A stretch of 64,000 bases of DNA, taken from positions 245 through 64,244 of the forward strand of contig JBGTSP010000001.1 of assembly GCA_041940205.1 (NCBI GenBank). The letters are read 5' to 3'. The notes below the pieces were generated by a model, which was given only the letters and a program-made list of their open reading frames with translations, was not told the DNA's origin and searched no databases. Below are positions 45,091-54,609 of this stretch, piece by piece. Position numbers and translations under genes: made by a program. Positions within the stretch are counted from its first letter, which is position 1. The number at the start of each line of letters is the position of its first letter. This DNA comes from Alphaproteobacteria bacterium (GTDB taxonomy: Bacteria; Pseudomonadota; Alphaproteobacteria; GCA-2731375).

Positions 45091-45679
45091 GATGGACCAG
45101 GTCCTGCAATTCCTCGCGAAGGCCTCGCCGGTCATCGGAACGGCCCTGGGCGGTCCCGTCGGCGGACTCATCGGCTCCGGTGTGCGGGTGGCGGCGGAGA
45201 TGCTGACGGGTGAAAGCGAGCCCGAGGCCGTGATCGCCAACCTCACCGGCAACCCGGAGCTGCTCGCGCAGCTCGAGGAGAAGTCGATCGAGCTGGAGCG
45301 CACGAGGCTGATCGAGGAGACGAAGCGGCTGCAGTCGGTGAACGAGACCATGCGGGCCGAGACGCAGTCCGAGGATCCCTATGTCCGCCGGTGGCGGCCG
45401 ACCTGGGGCTACGTGACCTGCCTGGTCTGGGGGGCCCAAGGTCTGGCGCTGGCCTGGGTGATCGGTGACGCTCCGGAGAAGGCGCCGGCGGTGATCTCCG
45501 CGATGGCGGCCATGACCGGTATCTGGGCGATCGCTCTGGCGGTGCTGGGTGTGAGCATCTGGAAGCGTTCGGACGACAAGAAGGTGAAGGCCGGCCTGGT
45601 GGCCGGTACCGGAGGTGGCCTCGGGGAGGTGATCGGCCAGATCATCGGCAGGAAAGCGGGACTGCAGCCGCCAGGCTAA
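45091..45679 (+). CDS. Holin, 3-TM GTA-release type (putative)
   Basis: Gly-rich N-terminus LGGPVGGLIGSG, central helix, then RRWRPTWGYV followed by hydrophobic helices; immediately after endolysin. Confidence 0.5.
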
Positions 45680-45879
45680 GGCGAACCGGGTTCGCGCCAT
45701 CGGATCACCCTGCTAGTATGGGTGTCGGGCGATTTGCTCGGCGCCTTCCTGGTCGGAGTTGATACCGTCAGGGGAGTATCCCTGTTCACCGGCTTAGAAA
45801 CGGGGTCAGGGATTCTCGACGCCGCGTGTATCGAATCCGCCCAACGACATTTCCCGGCGTCGGCCGGGATGGAGGATAG

Positions 45880-46530
45880 ATGTCACAGGATCGAGGCGGC
45901 ATCATCCGTGCCTTTAGCGAGGACCAGGTGTCCCGCCTTGCCGGCTTGTCCAAGGGGCAGTTGCGGGCCTGGGACCGACGGGGTTTCTTCAGGCCAGATT
46001 ACGCTCATGAAGACAGGCGACTGCCATACAGTCGCGTGTACTCGTTCAAGGACGTCGTCGGCCTGCGAGCGATCTCGATACTGCTGAAAGATCACCGTAT
46101 CGCGCTCGCCAAGTTGCGGAAGGTGGCCGACGAGCTCGAGAAGCGCGGCTTCGAGCATTGGGCGGACGTCAAGCTCTACATTCTCAAGCGAGAAGTACAC
46201 TTCAGGCCCCCGCAGTCGAAAGACGTGGAAGGCGTCTGGTCTGGGCAGCTCGCCATGCTCGAGGTGGTGGACGTGATCAACGACATCAGCGAGCGAGTGG
46301 ACGAGTTGCAGAAGCGCAAACCGGATCAGGTTGGACAGGTGGAGCGCCACCGGTTCGTTGCCCGCAATGCCGCCGTGATCTCCGGAACGCGCATTCCCAC
46401 ATCCGCAATCCGCCGGTATCACGAGGCGGGATACTCGACTGCCCGGATCCTCGCCGAGTATCCGTCACTGACGAAAGACGATGTTCGCGCTGCAATCGAA
46501 TTCGAGGAAAGACTGACACGCACCGCGTGA
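45880..46530 (+). CDS. MerR-type HTH fused to DUF433 domain (putative antitoxin/regulator)
   Basis: N-terminus IIRAFSEDQVSRLAGLSKGQLRAWDRRGFFRP (MerR HTH); C-terminus AAVISGTRIPTSAIRRYHEAGYSTARILAEYPSLTKDDVRAAIEF (DUF433). Confidence 0.7.
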   Translation: MSQDRGGIIRAFSEDQVSRLAGLSKGQLRAWDRRGFFRPDYAHEDRRLPYSRVYSFKDVVGLRAISILLKDHRIALAKLRKVADELEKRGFEHWADVKLYILKREVHFRPPQSKDVEGVWSGQLAMLEVVDVINDISERVDELQKRKPDQVGQVERHRFVARNAAVISGTRIPTSAIRRYHEAGYSTARILAEYPSLTKDDVRAAIEFEERLTRTA

Positions 46531-46549
46531 GTGTCCATAATCCCCGTCC

Positions 46550-46930
46550 ATGCGTTTCCTGTTGGACGAGAATGTCCCGCATCCGGTGATTCAGGTCCTG
46601 AAGGATCGCGGGCATACCGTAGACACGGTACTGGATCACACTGTTCCAGGAACACCAGATCCCGTCGTTGCCGCTCTTGTCGAGGAACTGGAGGCAGTCC
46701 TTGTCACGTTCGATGGCGATTTCGAGAAGGCAAGGAAGTTCAGCAGAAGCGAGCGGCGGCGCATGCAGCGTATCGACTGCATTCTTATGAGTTGCTTTGA
46801 GGGAATCGCTGCGTCACGTCTCTCGGAAACTCTTTCGCTGATCGAGTTCGAGTACAAGCAGGCCCAGGCGCAGGGCGGCCGCCAGGTCAGGGTCTGGCTT
46901 ATGAAGGAATACATCCGATTTCAGCGATAG
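46550..46930 (+). CDS. DUF5615 (PIN-like / Mut7-C RNase-like) protein, putative toxin partner of DUF433
   Basis: MRFLLDENVPHPVIQVLKDRGHTVDTV...VLVTFDGDF; 19 bp downstream of DUF433 gene. Confidence 0.7.
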   Translation: MRFLLDENVPHPVIQVLKDRGHTVDTVLDHTVPGTPDPVVAALVEELEAVLVTFDGDFEKARKFSRSERRRMQRIDCILMSCFEGIAASRLSETLSLIEFEYKQAQAQGGRQVRVWLMKEYIRFQR

Positions 46931-47106
46931 CAGGCCGCCGTTCGTTGCCATGCCACCGGCGAGCCGGTTTCCCACAGTTGAGCTATGACAGTGCTTACTG
47001 GTTCATATGAACCAGATCGCCATGAACAGGCGGGGAACATCGCCCGTCGAAGGCAGTAAACCGGCGATTTCGATCCCTGAAAAACCGCAGAAAACCGCCA
47101 GTTTCG

Positions 47107-47162
47107 TGTCTTGACATGGCAGAGGTCACTGGTTCAAATCCAGTCGGACCCACCACGTTTTT
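47107..47162 (+). repeat. attR: duplicated 3' end of tRNA-Val (no 5' half)
   Basis: Identical 56 bp to 7152-7207; no acceptor 5' arm upstream. Confidence 0.8.
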
Positions 47163-47225
47163 CCCGAAAATCCGCGACTTTCGAAAGCCGGCAAGAGACC
47201 GTCGCCGCGGTCGCCGCGCCTGCCT

Positions 47226-48041
47226 TCAGGCGCCCGCAGACCAGGCCAGCGGGAATTCCGGACCGCCCATCGGCGCGCCGTCCGCGAGGGCCGGATCACA
47301 AAGCGGCTTGCTGGTGCCCGGCCGGGCGCTGTAGCGCGCGTCGTCGCCGGTATAGCGCACGGTGTAGCCGCGCCGGCGCAGGTCGTGGCGCCGGTTGCCG
47401 CCGGCGCCGTGCACCACCATGGCCTGGAAGGCGATCACGTCTCCGGGCTGCATGTCCCAGGCGACGATGTCGTAATCCCCGCGGGCGGCCTCGATGTCGG
47501 GAATCGGCTCGTAGTCCGGATTCTGCTCGTAGCCCGAGGCCGTGGTCTCGCCGAAGGGTTCGGGCTGGAACCAGCGGTCCCAGCGATGGCTGCCGCGGAC
47601 GAACTCCAGGCGGCCGTTGTCCTCGCCGACCGGGTCGAGCGCCAGCCAGAACGAGGCGACCTGCCAGCCGCTCACCGGCCAGTAGGGCTGGTCGTTGTGC
47701 CAGCGCGTCCGGTTGGTCGTGCCCGGCTCCTTGACGAAGAGCTGGTCGTAGAGCAGCCGAACCTCCCGCGTGCCGGCGAACAGTTCGGCGGCCAGCGCGG
47801 GCAGGGGCGATTCGAGGCAGAACTCCCGGAACACCGGATCGTTCTGCCAGATCTTCAGGTTGCCGTGAAAGCGACCTTCGCCGTTCTGCGGCACGTAGGC
47901 ATGACAGAACGGGCCGGGCGCCGCGATGTCCCGCTCGATCGCCGCGGCCAGCCGCTCCAGCCAGTCCGCCGAGACGACGCCCGGCAGCAGGACCGCGCCG
48001 TCGCGGTCATAGGCCTCGCGCTGTTCGCTCGTCAGCCCCAT
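47226..48041 (-). CDS. Phytanoyl-CoA dioxygenase (PhyH) family Fe(II)/2OG oxygenase
   Basis: 271 aa; PhyH-type HxD...H pattern (RWHNDQPYW ... VHGAGGN). Confidence 0.7.
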   Translation of the reverse strand: MGLTSEQREAYDRDGAVLLPGVVSADWLERLAAAIERDIAAPGPFCHAYVPQNGEGRFHGNLKIWQNDPVFREFCLESPLPALAAELFAGTREVRLLYDQLFVKEPGTTNRTRWHNDQPYWPVSGWQVASFWLALDPVGEDNGRLEFVRGSHRWDRWFQPEPFGETTASGYEQNPDYEPIPDIEAARGDYDIVAWDMQPGDVIAFQAMVVHGAGGNRRHDLRRRGYTVRYTGDDARYSARPGTSKPLCDPALADGAPMGGPEFPLAWSAGA

Positions 48042-48133
48042 GCTTGCCTCCCCTGTCTTGCGGTCGCAGCATATCGCGATCCCGCGTTCCGGGCAGCAGG
48101 TCCGGGCGCACCAGACCGCAGGAGAGATCGCGC

Positions 48134-48598
48134 GTGAGCCTGACCATTGCCCCGGAAGATCCCGAGACGCCGGACCTCGCGGAACTGATCCGCACCCACC
48201 TGTTCGTGATGTCGGACCAGTCGCCGGAGGAGAGCGTGCATGCGCTCGACATTGCCGGCCTGCAGGCGCCGTCGGTGACGGTCTGGAGCGTGCGCGACGG
48301 TCCGGACCTGCTGGGCTGCGGCGCGCTGAAGCAGATCGGCCCCGATCACGGCGAGATCAAGTCGATGCACACCGCGGCGGCGCATCGCGGCCGGGGCGTC
48401 GCCCGGCGGCTGCTCGAACATCTCCTGGACGAAGCCCGCCGCCGCGGCTACGCGCGTCTCAGCCTCGAGACCGGTTCGATGGACAGTTTCCGCCCCGCGC
48501 GGGCGCTGTATGCGGGCTATGGCTTCACCGCCTGTCCCCCGTTTGCCGAGTATGGCGAGGATCCCAACAGCGTGTTCATGACCCTGCGGCTTGCATAG
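48134..48598 (+). CDS. GNAT-family N-acetyltransferase
   Basis: Acetyl-CoA motif HRGRGVARRLLEHLLDEARRRGYARLSLET; probable GTG start VSLTIAPEDPE. Confidence 0.7.
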   Translation: MSLTIAPEDPETPDLAELIRTHLFVMSDQSPEESVHALDIAGLQAPSVTVWSVRDGPDLLGCGALKQIGPDHGEIKSMHTAAAHRGRGVARRLLEHLLDEARRRGYARLSLETGSMDSFRPARALYAGYGFTACPPFAEYGEDPNSVFMTLRLA

Positions 48599-48738
48599 GG
48601 CCGCCTCTCCGGCTTTTCTCTCGCCCGGCAGCGTGTATGATTATTCGTATGGTTTGGAGAAAGACTTGGTGTGCGCCAATGTGTTCAATAAGACTCATAA
48701 AATTGGAGTTTTTTCATTTGCAATTGACATTGAATTAG

Positions 48739-49224
48739 ATGGAATTTGACGAAAATCTCCTTGCGAAGTCGACCGCAAACCTGCGCTCGCTCTATGCCTA
48801 CTGGAAGGAGTGTTGCGGCGATCGGCGCATGCCGAGTCGCCGGGATTTCGATCCGATGCACCTTCCCCGGCTGCTGCCGGGGGTCCTGCTGATCGATGTC
48901 GAGGCTCCCGACGAAAGCGGGCGTCCGGTCTTCCGCTACCGGGTGGTCGGCGGCTGGGAAGTCGATGCACGCGGCCACAATCCCACCGGCAAGACCGTCG
49001 ACGAGGGCTTTCACGGGGAATCGCTCGAATCCGCGCGACGGGACTACGAGACGGTCTGCCGCATGCGCGCACCGCTGTACGGGCCGCTCGATTTCGTCGA
49101 CCGGCGCGGCGTCCGCTTCTTCCAGGATTCGATCGTCCTGCCGCTGTCCGAGGACGGCGAGACCGTGAGCCAGATCCTGGTCTATTCCGAACGCCGCGAC
49201 TGGCAGGATTCAACGCTCTACTGA
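48739..49224 (+). CDS. PAS-domain protein (alphaproteobacterial single-PAS family)
   Basis: 161 aa preceded by AT-rich promoter-like region (TTGACATTGAAT). Confidence 0.55.
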   Translation: MEFDENLLAKSTANLRSLYAYWKECCGDRRMPSRRDFDPMHLPRLLPGVLLIDVEAPDESGRPVFRYRVVGGWEVDARGHNPTGKTVDEGFHGESLESARRDYETVCRMRAPLYGPLDFVDRRGVRFFQDSIVLPLSEDGETVSQILVYSERRDWQDSTLY

Positions 49225-49349
49225 ACCGGTCACGAGGATGTTTCGCTGGCCCGGTTGAGTGGCGGGGCCCGGCGCGCCAGACTTGTGCCCCGGGCGCGCG
49301 CCGGCATGGCGGGACCCGCTTTCATCCGATCGAAAAGGATCTGCGCGAC

Positions 49350-50144
49350 ATGGCGAACGATATCGGCGCGACCTTCCGCGCGCTGCACGAGGCGGACGAG
49401 ATTTTCCTGATCCCCAATCCCTGGGATGCCGGCTCGGCGAAGATGCTGCACGGCATGGGTTTCAAGGCGCTGGCCACGACCAGCGCCGGTTTCGCCGCCG
49501 CGATCGCGAAAAAGGACGGCCGGACCAGCCGCGACGAGGCGCTGGAGAACTGCCGCCAGATCGCCCGGGCAACCCCGCTGCCGGTGAACGGCGATCTGGA
49601 GAAGGGCTATGGCGACAGCCCGGAGGATGCGGCCGAGACGGTGCGGCTTGCCGCCGAGGCCGGGCTCGCGGGCTGCTCGATCGAGGATTTTTCCGGCGAG
49701 GGGATCTACGACTTCGAGCACGCGGTCGAGCGGATCGCAGCCTCGGTGGAGGCGGCGCGGTCGCTGCCCGGCGATTTCGTGCTGACGGCCCGCTCGGAAA
49801 ACCTGATCCGCGGCCGCATCGACCTGGACGACACGATCCGGCGCCTGCAGGCCTTCGAGGCGGCGGGAGCCGACGTGCTCTACGCGCCGGGACTGCGCGA
49901 TCTGGACCAGGTTCGCTCGGTCACCGGCGCGGTCTCCCGGCCGGTCAACGTGCTGGTGGGCGGGACCAGCCCGATGACCCTGGACGAACTCGCCGCCGCC
50001 GGCGTCAAGCGTGTCAGTACCGGCGCCGGGCTCACCTGGGTTGCCTACGGTGCCATGCTGAAAGTCGCGCGGGGCATGCTGGAGGAAGGCCGGTTCGACT
50101 ACGGCGACACGCCGGGCATGCGCGGGATCGCCGAACTGCTGTAG
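49350..50144 (+). CDS. Isocitrate lyase/PEP mutase superfamily enzyme (2-methylisocitrate lyase / carboxyvinyl-carboxyphosphonate phosphorylmutase-like)
   Basis: PNPWDAGSA...ATTSAG...GDLEKGYGD...EDFSG family signatures. Confidence 0.75.
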   Translation: MANDIGATFRALHEADEIFLIPNPWDAGSAKMLHGMGFKALATTSAGFAAAIAKKDGRTSRDEALENCRQIARATPLPVNGDLEKGYGDSPEDAAETVRLAAEAGLAGCSIEDFSGEGIYDFEHAVERIAASVEAARSLPGDFVLTARSENLIRGRIDLDDTIRRLQAFEAAGADVLYAPGLRDLDQVRSVTGAVSRPVNVLVGGTSPMTLDELAAAGVKRVSTGAGLTWVAYGAMLKVARGMLEEGRFDYGDTPGMRGIAELL

Positions 50145-50586
50145 CGGGAGGCGCGGGCGCGCCGGCGCCCGGGCGTCATCAGATCCGGTTGTCGGGACGC
50201 GGAAGGACGACGGGGAACGAACGCGACATGTGCGGGTGCGGGGAGCGGCTTTCGGCGCCGCGCAGGAACAGCAGCGCGGTCATCAGCGCCATGGCAAGGC
50301 CGGCGATGCCCAGGGGGCCCAGGGCGCCGAGGGCGTCGATCAGCCAGTTCACCGCATGTTCCATCGTTCTGCATCCCGTTCTGGCACAGTCTCGAAACGA
50401 TTAAGCTTTTATTAGCAAGAACGGTTCCAGTTGGGCCGATCGATCGGTTTCACCCTCCGGCGGCGGGCGAACGGCCTGAAACCGCGCGGTTTTCGCACCC
50501 GAATGACGCCCGGGTCCGGCCCGCGCGAACGCCGGGCGCGGCGGGACATGCGCCCCGGGGCGTATCGACACGGGATTCGAAGCGGC

Positions 50587-51783
50587 TCAGACGATCTGCT
50601 GGCCCCTGTCGTCGACCCCGGCGTAGAGCCACTCCACGCCCTGGTAGGGACCTTGCGGGTTGGGCCGCGAGAACATCTGCCGCCGCAGGTCCGCGGTGGC
50701 GCCTTCGGCGTGATAGACATCGCCATAGAGCCGGGCCGTGAGCTGCACCCGCGCGGTCCGCAGGTAGCGCAGGCGCTGGTAGGCCTGGAAGGCGGCGCCG
50801 AAGTCGTCGCCCGCGGCCTCGACCTGGTTGGCGAGACAGACCGCGTCCTCGATCGCCATGCAGGCGCCCTGGGCGAGATATTGCAGCATGGGGTGCGCGG
50901 CATCACCCAGCAGGGTGAGCGCGCCGCGGCTCCATTCGCGGATCGGTTCGCGATCGCACAGCACCCACATGCGCCAGGATTCGATGCGCGAAAGCAGTTC
51001 CAGCACGTCGGGATGCTCCCCGCGGAAGCGCAGGTTCAGTTCCTCGGGATCGCCGAATTCGTTCCAGCCCTCCTCGTAGCGGTCGGAATGGAACACCGCG
51101 ACCAGGTTGAAGATCTCGCCGCGGTGCAGCGGGTACTGCACCAGGTGGGTCTTCGGGCCGGCCCACAGCACGACCCGGGGCAAGCGCAGATGTTCCGGCA
51201 TCTCCGACGTCGGCAGCACGGCCCGGTAGGCGATGTGACCCGACACCCGGGGCGCGCCGTCGCCGACCATCCAGTTGCGCACCCGCGACCACAGGCCGTC
51301 GGCGCCGATCAGCGCCGGGCCCTCGAGGCGACGCCCGTCGGCGGTTTCCGCCCAGGCGCCGCCGTTCGCGCCTTCGCCCACCGCGGTGATCGCGACGCCG
51401 GTCTCGAGCCGGACGGCGGGCTCCGCCTCGACCGCCCGCAACAGGGCGGCATGCAGTTCGGGCCGGTAGATCACGGCATAGGGGAAGCCGAAATGGGTCT
51501 CGAACGGCGTCCCCAGCGGCACCGTGACGATGCTCGAGCCGTCGAGCGCATCGCGCATCTCCAGCGCCTCGGGCCGGACCGCGACGGCATCGATGGCCTC
51601 CGTCAGGCCCAGCGTGGCGAACATCCGGAAGACGTTGGGTCCCAGCTGGATGCCGGCGCCCACCTCGCCGAACGCGTCCGCCTGCTCCAGCACGTGCACG
51701 GCCCGTCCCTTGCGCGCCAGCGCCAGGGCGGCGGCGATCCCGCCGATGCCGCCGCCGGCCACAAGTATCGGATCGTCGCTCAT
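50587..51783 (-). CDS. FAD-dependent aromatic monooxygenase (salicylate/3-hydroxybenzoate hydroxylase-like)
   Basis: GGGIGG dinucleotide fold, GADGLWS, GDAAHPM motifs; start trimmed to MSDDPILV. Confidence 0.8.
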   Translation of the reverse strand: MSDDPILVAGGGIGGIAAALALARKGRAVHVLEQADAFGEVGAGIQLGPNVFRMFATLGLTEAIDAVAVRPEALEMRDALDGSSIVTVPLGTPFETHFGFPYAVIYRPELHAALLRAVEAEPAVRLETGVAITAVGEGANGGAWAETADGRRLEGPALIGADGLWSRVRNWMVGDGAPRVSGHIAYRAVLPTSEMPEHLRLPRVVLWAGPKTHLVQYPLHRGEIFNLVAVFHSDRYEEGWNEFGDPEELNLRFRGEHPDVLELLSRIESWRMWVLCDREPIREWSRGALTLLGDAAHPMLQYLAQGACMAIEDAVCLANQVEAAGDDFGAAFQAYQRLRYLRTARVQLTARLYGDVYHAEGATADLRRQMFSRPNPQGPYQGVEWLYAGVDDRGQQIV

Positions 51784-51887
51784 CGTCGCCTCTCTCCGCT
51801 CGCCTCTTCCGGTCGTATTCGTGCCACACTCGCTTGGCAAGCCGGCGAACGTCCGGCCCGCGAAGGCCGCCAGCAATCGGGTGTTTC

Positions 51888-52613
51888 ATGCGACCGCGTC
51901 ACTTTCTTTCCGCCTTCCTCGTCTTCGCGATCGGCCTCGCCGCCGCCTCGGCCGCCCATGCCGAGCGTCCGGAGCGCCGGGCGATCCTGACCGTTACCGG
52001 CAGCGGCGAGGTCAGCGCGGTGCCCGACCAGGCCCGGATCGGGGCCGGCGTCGTGCGCGAGGCCCCGAGCGCCGGCGCGGCGCTTGCGGCCAACAGCCAG
52101 GCGCTGGGCAACGTCCTCGCGGCATTGCGCCAGGCCGGGATCGAGGATCGCGACATCCGCACCCGCCAGGTCAGCCTCTCGCCGGTCTACGATCCCAAGC
52201 CGACGCGCGGACAGCCGCGGGCCATCGTGGCCTACCGGGCCAGCAACCAGCTCTCGATCCGGGCCCGCAAGCTGGAGGATCTGGGCGCGCTGATGGATGC
52301 GCTGGTGGTCGCCGGGGCGACCAATCTGAACGGCCCGCATTTCATGCATGGGGAACCCCGGCCGCTTCGCGACGAGGCGCGCCGCCGGGCGGTCGCCGAT
52401 GCGCGCGACAAGGCGGCGCTCTACGCCGAGGCCGCGGGAGTCGAGCTGGTCCGGGTGTTGCGGATCGACGAGGGCGCCGTGTCCGCGCCCCGGCCGCAGC
52501 GGATGATGGCCGTGCGCCTGGAGGCGGCGGATGCCGGCCGCGCGCCGGTCCCGATCGCGGCCGGCGAGGACACGATCGCGGCGAGCGTGACCCTGGTCTG
52601 GGAGATCCGCTGA
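51888..52613 (+). CDS. SIMPL-domain (DUF541) periplasmic protein
   Basis: Signal peptide then SIMPL pattern ...TVTGSGEVSAVPDQARIG...; start trimmed to MRPRHF. Confidence 0.65.
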   Translation: MRPRHFLSAFLVFAIGLAAASAAHAERPERRAILTVTGSGEVSAVPDQARIGAGVVREAPSAGAALAANSQALGNVLAALRQAGIEDRDIRTRQVSLSPVYDPKPTRGQPRAIVAYRASNQLSIRARKLEDLGALMDALVVAGATNLNGPHFMHGEPRPLRDEARRRAVADARDKAALYAEAAGVELVRVLRIDEGAVSAPRPQRMMAVRLEAADAGRAPVPIAAGEDTIAASVTLVWEIR

Positions 52614-52634
52614 ACCGGCGCCGGCCGCGCCGGC

Positions 52635-54500
52635 CTACAGCGCGCGGGTAATCACCGCAGACAGCCGGCGGGCGAAGGCGGCGGGGTCGTGGACGGCTTC
52701 GCCTTCGAGAATGCGCGCCTGGTCGAGCAGCAGGTGCGCCGCGTCCTCGATCGCGTCCGCCCCGCCGCCGTCCTTCAGCCGGCCGGCGAGGCCGCGGATC
52801 AGGTCGTGGCGGGGATTGAGCTCCAGGATCGGCGCGCTGGCGGTGCCGAGCTGGTTGTGCGCCTTCAGCATGCGCTGCAGGTGCATGTCCATTTCCCCCT
52901 CGTCCACGACCAGGCAGACCGGGGATTCGCGCAGCCGCGCGGATTCGCGCACGTCCTTGACCGCTTCGCCCAGATGCTGGCGGACCGCCGCGATCAGGGT
53001 GGCGAGCTCGGCGTCGCGCACCGGCGGGTTGTCCCCGTCCTCGCCGGTGTCGGCATCCTCCGCGGCGATCGCGTCGAGATCGGCGGCGCCGCGGCTGACC
53101 GAACGGAACGGCTTGCCGTCGAAGGCGTCGACGGAAGACAGCCAGAAATCGTCGACCGCGTCGGTCATCAGCAGCACCTCGACGCCGCGGGCGCGATAGC
53201 CCTCCAGCAGCGGGCTGCGCAGCAGCGCCTCGCGGGATTCGCCGGTCAGGTAGTAGATCGCCTCCTGGCCGTCCTTCATGCGTCCGACATAGTCGGCAAG
53301 CGCGGTCCGGCTTTTGCCGGCCGACGTGTGGAAACGGGCGAGCTTCAGCAGCTCGTCGCGCCGCTCGGTATCCTCGTAGATCCCTTCCTTGATGACGGCG
53401 CCGAAGGCGTCCCAGAAGGTGGCGAAGGCCTCGGGCTCCTTCTCGGCCTTGCGCGCCAGCTCGCGCACGACCCGTCCGGCGACTGCCTGGCGGATCCGCG
53501 CCAGCACCGGGCTCGACTGCAGCATCTCGCGGGAGATGTTGAGATCGATGTCCTCGGAATCGACGACGCCGCGCAGGAAGCGCAGCCAGGGCGGGATCAG
53601 GCCCTCGCAATTGTCGGTGATGAAGACCCGCTTCACGTAGAGCTTCACTCCGTGCGCGCGGGCCGGATCGAACAGGTCGAATGGACGCATCGTCGGCACG
53701 AACAGCAGGGCCGAATACTCGATCTTGCCCTCGGCCCGGAAGTGCAGGGTCAGCCAGGGATCGTCAAAGCCGCGGCCGACATGGCGGTAGAACTCCCGGT
53801 ACTGTTCCTCGCTGACGTCGCTCTTCGCGCGCATCCACAGGGCCGAAGCCTCGTTGACCGCGGCCTCGTCCTCGCCCAGCCGGATCGGCAGGGCGATGTG
53901 ATCGGAGTAGGTCTTGATCACCTGGCGCAGGCGGGCTTCGTCGAGCCATTCGTCCTCGCCCTCGCGCAGGTGCAGGGTGATCGCGGTGCCGCGCGCGGCG
54001 TCTTCCTGCTCGGCGACGGTGAAGGCGCCCTTGCCGTCCGAGCGCCACAGCCAGCCCTGCTCCTCGCCGGCCTTGCGGGTCACGACATCGACCCTGTCGG
54101 CAACCATGAATACGGCATAGAAGCCCACGCCGAACTGGCCGATCAGGTCGACATCGCCGTTCTCGCGGGCCTGTTTCGCCTGCTCGAGGAAGCGGGCCGT
54201 GCCCGAGCGGGCGATGGTTCCCAGGTCGTTGACCAGGTCTTCCCGGTTCATGCCGATACCGTTGTCGGCAATGGTGAGGGTACGGGCCTCGCGGTCGATG
54301 GCGATATGCACCCGAAGGTCGCCGTCGCCGTCGGTCAGTTCGGGGCGGGTGATGGCTTCGTAGCGCAGCTTGTCGCAGGCGTCGGAGGCGTTCGAGATCA
54401 GTTCCCGCAGGAAGACTTCCTTGTCGGAATAGACCGCGTTGACCATCAGGTCGAGCAGCCGGGACACCTCCGCCTGGAATGTCAGCGTTTCTTCAGCCAT
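52635..54500 (-). CDS. htpG: Molecular chaperone HtpG (Hsp90)
   Basis: GHKL ATPase N-terminus ...FLRELISNASDACDKLRY...ADNGIGM...GQFGVGFYA; about 621 aa after trimming from 799-aa ORF. Confidence 0.9.
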   Translation of the reverse strand: MAEETLTFQAEVSRLLDLMVNAVYSDKEVFLRELISNASDACDKLRYEAITRPELTDGDGDLRVHIAIDREARTLTIADNGIGMNREDLVNDLGTIARSGTARFLEQAKQARENGDVDLIGQFGVGFYAVFMVADRVDVVTRKAGEEQGWLWRSDGKGAFTVAEQEDAARGTAITLHLREGEDEWLDEARLRQVIKTYSDHIALPIRLGEDEAAVNEASALWMRAKSDVSEEQYREFYRHVGRGFDDPWLTLHFRAEGKIEYSALLFVPTMRPFDLFDPARAHGVKLYVKRVFITDNCEGLIPPWLRFLRGVVDSEDIDLNISREMLQSSPVLARIRQAVAGRVVRELARKAEKEPEAFATFWDAFGAVIKEGIYEDTERRDELLKLARFHTSAGKSRTALADYVGRMKDGQEAIYYLTGESREALLRSPLLEGYRARGVEVLLMTDAVDDFWLSSVDAFDGKPFRSVSRGAADLDAIAAEDADTGEDGDNPPVRDAELATLIAAVRQHLGEAVKDVRESARLRESPVCLVVDEGEMDMHLQRMLKAHNQLGTASAPILELNPRHDLIRGLAGRLKDGGGADAIEDAAHLLLDQARILEGEAVHDPAAFARRLSAVITRAL

Positions 54501-54609
54501 CGTTGTCCTTCTCGCCAGCGTGATAAGCGGATGCGGTGGCGATATAGGAGCGGGCGCGAGCGGGTCAAGGCCGACCCGGGCCGGCCGCCGCCGCAATCGG
54601 GGGAAGTTC

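Noticed and set aside
46930-46945. Degenerate palindrome-like sequence ggccgccgttcgttgcc at the DUF5615 stop, and a similar half-site at 31466
   Set aside because: Only one arm (CCGTTCG) is preserved; counted as possible decayed copies, not as features.
50179-50364. 61-aa minus-strand ORF with a hydrophobic segment between the PEP-mutase-family gene and the monooxygenase
   Set aside because: No RBS evident and lies in a short intergenic region; could be a small membrane protein but evidence is insufficient.
50431-51990. 519-aa plus-strand ORF
   Set aside because: Antisense to the FAD monooxygenase with GGGIGG/GDAAHPM motifs; low-complexity.
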